NCBI GenBank assembly: GCA_963705305.1
Contig: OY970067.1
Coordinates: 4,768,001-4,832,000 of the forward strand
Source: an uncultured Methylomirabilota bacterium
Lineage (GTDB): Bacteria > Methylomirabilota > Methylomirabilia > Methylomirabilales > 2-02-FULL-66-22
Length of the DNA: 64,000 nt
Direction: 5' to 3'
Below the pieces are notes generated by a model. It made no database searches. It was not told the DNA's origin and saw nothing but the letters and a program-made list of their open reading frames with translations. Numbering within the stretch: the stretch's first letter is position 1; every line of letters starts with the position of its first letter. Below, piece after piece: positions 62,380-64,000 of the stretch. Made by a program: the position numbers and the translations under genes.

Positions 62380-63687
62380 CTAGGCCAGACGCCCGCGCGC
62401 CTTGGCCTTCTTCAGGAATCCCTCGTAGTGCCGCATCAGGAGATGCGACTCCACCTGCTGCACCGTATCCAGCGCCACCCCCACCACGATCAGCAAGGAG
62501 GTCCCGCCGAAGTAGAACGGGACATTCAGGTGGGTGATGAGGACCTCGGGCAGGATCGAGATGGCGGCCAGGTACAGCGCCCCCACCAGGGTGACCCGGT
62601 CCAGCACGCGCTCGATGAACTCGGCGGTCTTGCTGCCGGGGCGGATGCCCGGAATGTAGCCTCCGTACTTTTTCATGTTGTCCGCTACGTCGGCCGGGTT
62701 GAAGATGATGGCGGTGTAGAAGTAGGTGAAGAAGATGATGGAGACGCCGTAGATCGTCGTATAGGGCAGGCTCCCGAACTGAAGCCAGGACGCCACCCAC
62801 TGCGCCCACGGGTGGCGGATGAACTGGGCGATGGTCGCCGGGAAGGCGATGATGGAGGCGGCGAAGATCACCGGGATGACGCCGGCGGTGTTCACCCGCA
62901 CCGGGATGTGCGTGCTCTGGCCCCCGTACACCCGCCGCCCGACCACCCGCTTCGCGTACTGGACCGGGACCTTGCGCTGCCCCAGGGTCATGACGATGAC
63001 CCCGGCCACCACCACCACCATAACCGCCAGCAGCAGCAGGAACACCAGCGGGTTCATCTCCCCCTGCGTGATCAGGGTGAACGAGGCCACGATGGCCTCG
63101 GGCATCCGGACGATGATGCCGGCAAAGATCAGGAGGGAGATCCCGTTGCCGATCCCCCGCTCACTGATCTGCTCGCCCAGCCACATCAGGAAGATGGTGC
63201 CGGCCGTGAGGGTGATGGTGGTCATGATGCGGAAGGACCAGCCGGGGCTCGGGACCACCATGGCCCCCCGGATCTGCATGCTCTCCAGCCCGACTGCGAT
63301 GCCCAGGGCCTGGATGGCCGCCAGCCCGACCGTACCGTAGCGGGTGTACTGGGTGATCTTCTTGTGGCCCTGCTCCCCCTCTTTCTGCAGCCGCTCCAGC
63401 GCAGGGACGACCACCGCGAGGAGCTGCAGGATGATGGAGGCCGAGATGTAGGGCATGATGCCCAGCGCGAAGACCGACAGCCGCCGCAGCGCCCCGCCCG
63501 AGAACAGATCGAAGAAGCCGAGGAGATTCCCCGCCTGTCCCTGGAAGAACTGGGCCAGCGCATGGGTGTCGATCCCGGGGGTGGGGATGTGGGCCCCGAT
63601 GCGGTACACGATGAGGAGCCCGCACGTGAACAGGATGCGGCGCTTCAGCTCGGGAACCCGGAAGATGTTCCGAATCGCTTCAATCAC
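62380..63687 (-). CDS. secY: Preprotein translocase SecY
   Basis: [43 protein letters not shown]. Confidence 0.98.
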   Translation of the reverse strand: MIEAIRNIFRVPELKRRILFTCGLLIVYRIGAHIPTPGIDTHALAQFFQGQAGNLLGFFDLFSGGALRRLSVFALGIMPYISASIILQLLAVVVPALERLQKEGEQGHKKITQYTRYGTVGLAAIQALGIAVGLESMQIRGAMVVPSPGWSFRIMTTITLTAGTIFLMWLGEQISERGIGNGISLLIFAGIIVRMPEAIVASFTLITQGEMNPLVFLLLLAVMVVVVAGVIVMTLGQRKVPVQYAKRVVGRRVYGGQSTHIPVRVNTAGVIPVIFAASIIAFPATIAQFIRHPWAQWVASWLQFGSLPYTTIYGVSIIFFTYFYTAIIFNPADVADNMKKYGGYIPGIRPGSKTAEFIERVLDRVTLVGALYLAAISILPEVLITHLNVPFYFGGTSLLIVVGVALDTVQQVESHLLMRHYEGFLKKAKARGRLA

Positions 63688-64000
63688 GACGCGATGACCT
63701 CGACGCGACCCCCCGCCGCGCGGATCTTCTCCGCCGCCCCCTTCGAGAATCGATGGGCGGAGACCGTGAGCGGCTTCTCCAGGCGCCCCTTCCCCAGGAT
63801 CTTCACCAGCTCGACCGCGGCAGGGACCAGGCCCGCCTCGCGCAGCGTATCCGGGGTCACCACCGCTCCGGCGGCGAAGCGCTCGAGCGCCTGCACGTTC
63901 AGGATCGCGCACTCCTGGCGAAAGATATTGACAAACCCGCGCTTGGGGACCCGGCGGTGCAGGGGGAGCTGGCCCCCCTCGAACCACGGGTGGCTGCTGC
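63684..64000 (-). CDS. rplO: 50S ribosomal protein L15 (5' end outside the window)
   Basis: [17 protein letters not shown]...VKILGKG...KIRAAGG. Confidence 0.96.
   Translation of the reverse strand, partial: SSHPWFEGGQLPLHRRVPKRGFVNIFRQECAILNVQALERFAAGAVVTPDTLREAGLVPAAVELVKILGKGRLEKPLTVSAHRFSKGAAEKIRAAGGRVEVIAS

Noticed and set aside
61682..63987. Extended N-termini of adk (to 62809) and secY (to 63987) in the ORF track
   Set aside because: They overlap secY and rplO in other frames. The conserved starts are at 62329 and 63687.

Overview
High-GC bacterial chromosome segment. The gene order and repeat types would fit a Methylomirabilota/Rokubacteria- or Desulfobacterota-like organism, but that is inference only. 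The right half (~32-64 kb) is one co-directional minus-strand run of core genes: rplO-secY-adk-map-infA-rpmJ-rpsM-rpsK-rpsD-rpoA-rplQ, a LarA-family gene, an EF-G paralog, rimP-nusA-ylxR-infB-DUF503-rbfA-DHH-truB-ribF-rpsO-pnp-M16 peptidase, purB-purC-purS-purQ-purL, hom-thrC. It ends in the conserved tRNA trio Gly(GCC)-Cys(GCA)-Leu(TAA). Here the three tRNAs are separated by ~3.5 kb cargo islets, and each has its own sigma70-like promoter. Downstream of tRNA-Leu is a decaying mosaic island. It holds an N-terminally truncated tyrosine integrase, an RND fragment, a catabolic cluster (IclR, SDR, Zn-ADH, gluconolactonase, AHL-lactonase-family MBL, Liv-type ABC, cupin, CMD), a TRAP transporter, IS relics and an orphan Tat sugar-binding protein. 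The most striking local structure is a ~900-bp scrambled patch (19.5-20.45 kb). Pieces of three genes sit there in their original order, but two blocks are flipped in place, with deletions at the junctions. Many intergenic spaces carry 7-mer and 9-mer micro-repeat cassettes, and there is one MITE. No rRNA, CRISPR array, reverse transcriptase or recognisable defence system was seen. All calls come from reading motifs by eye; no database searches were run.
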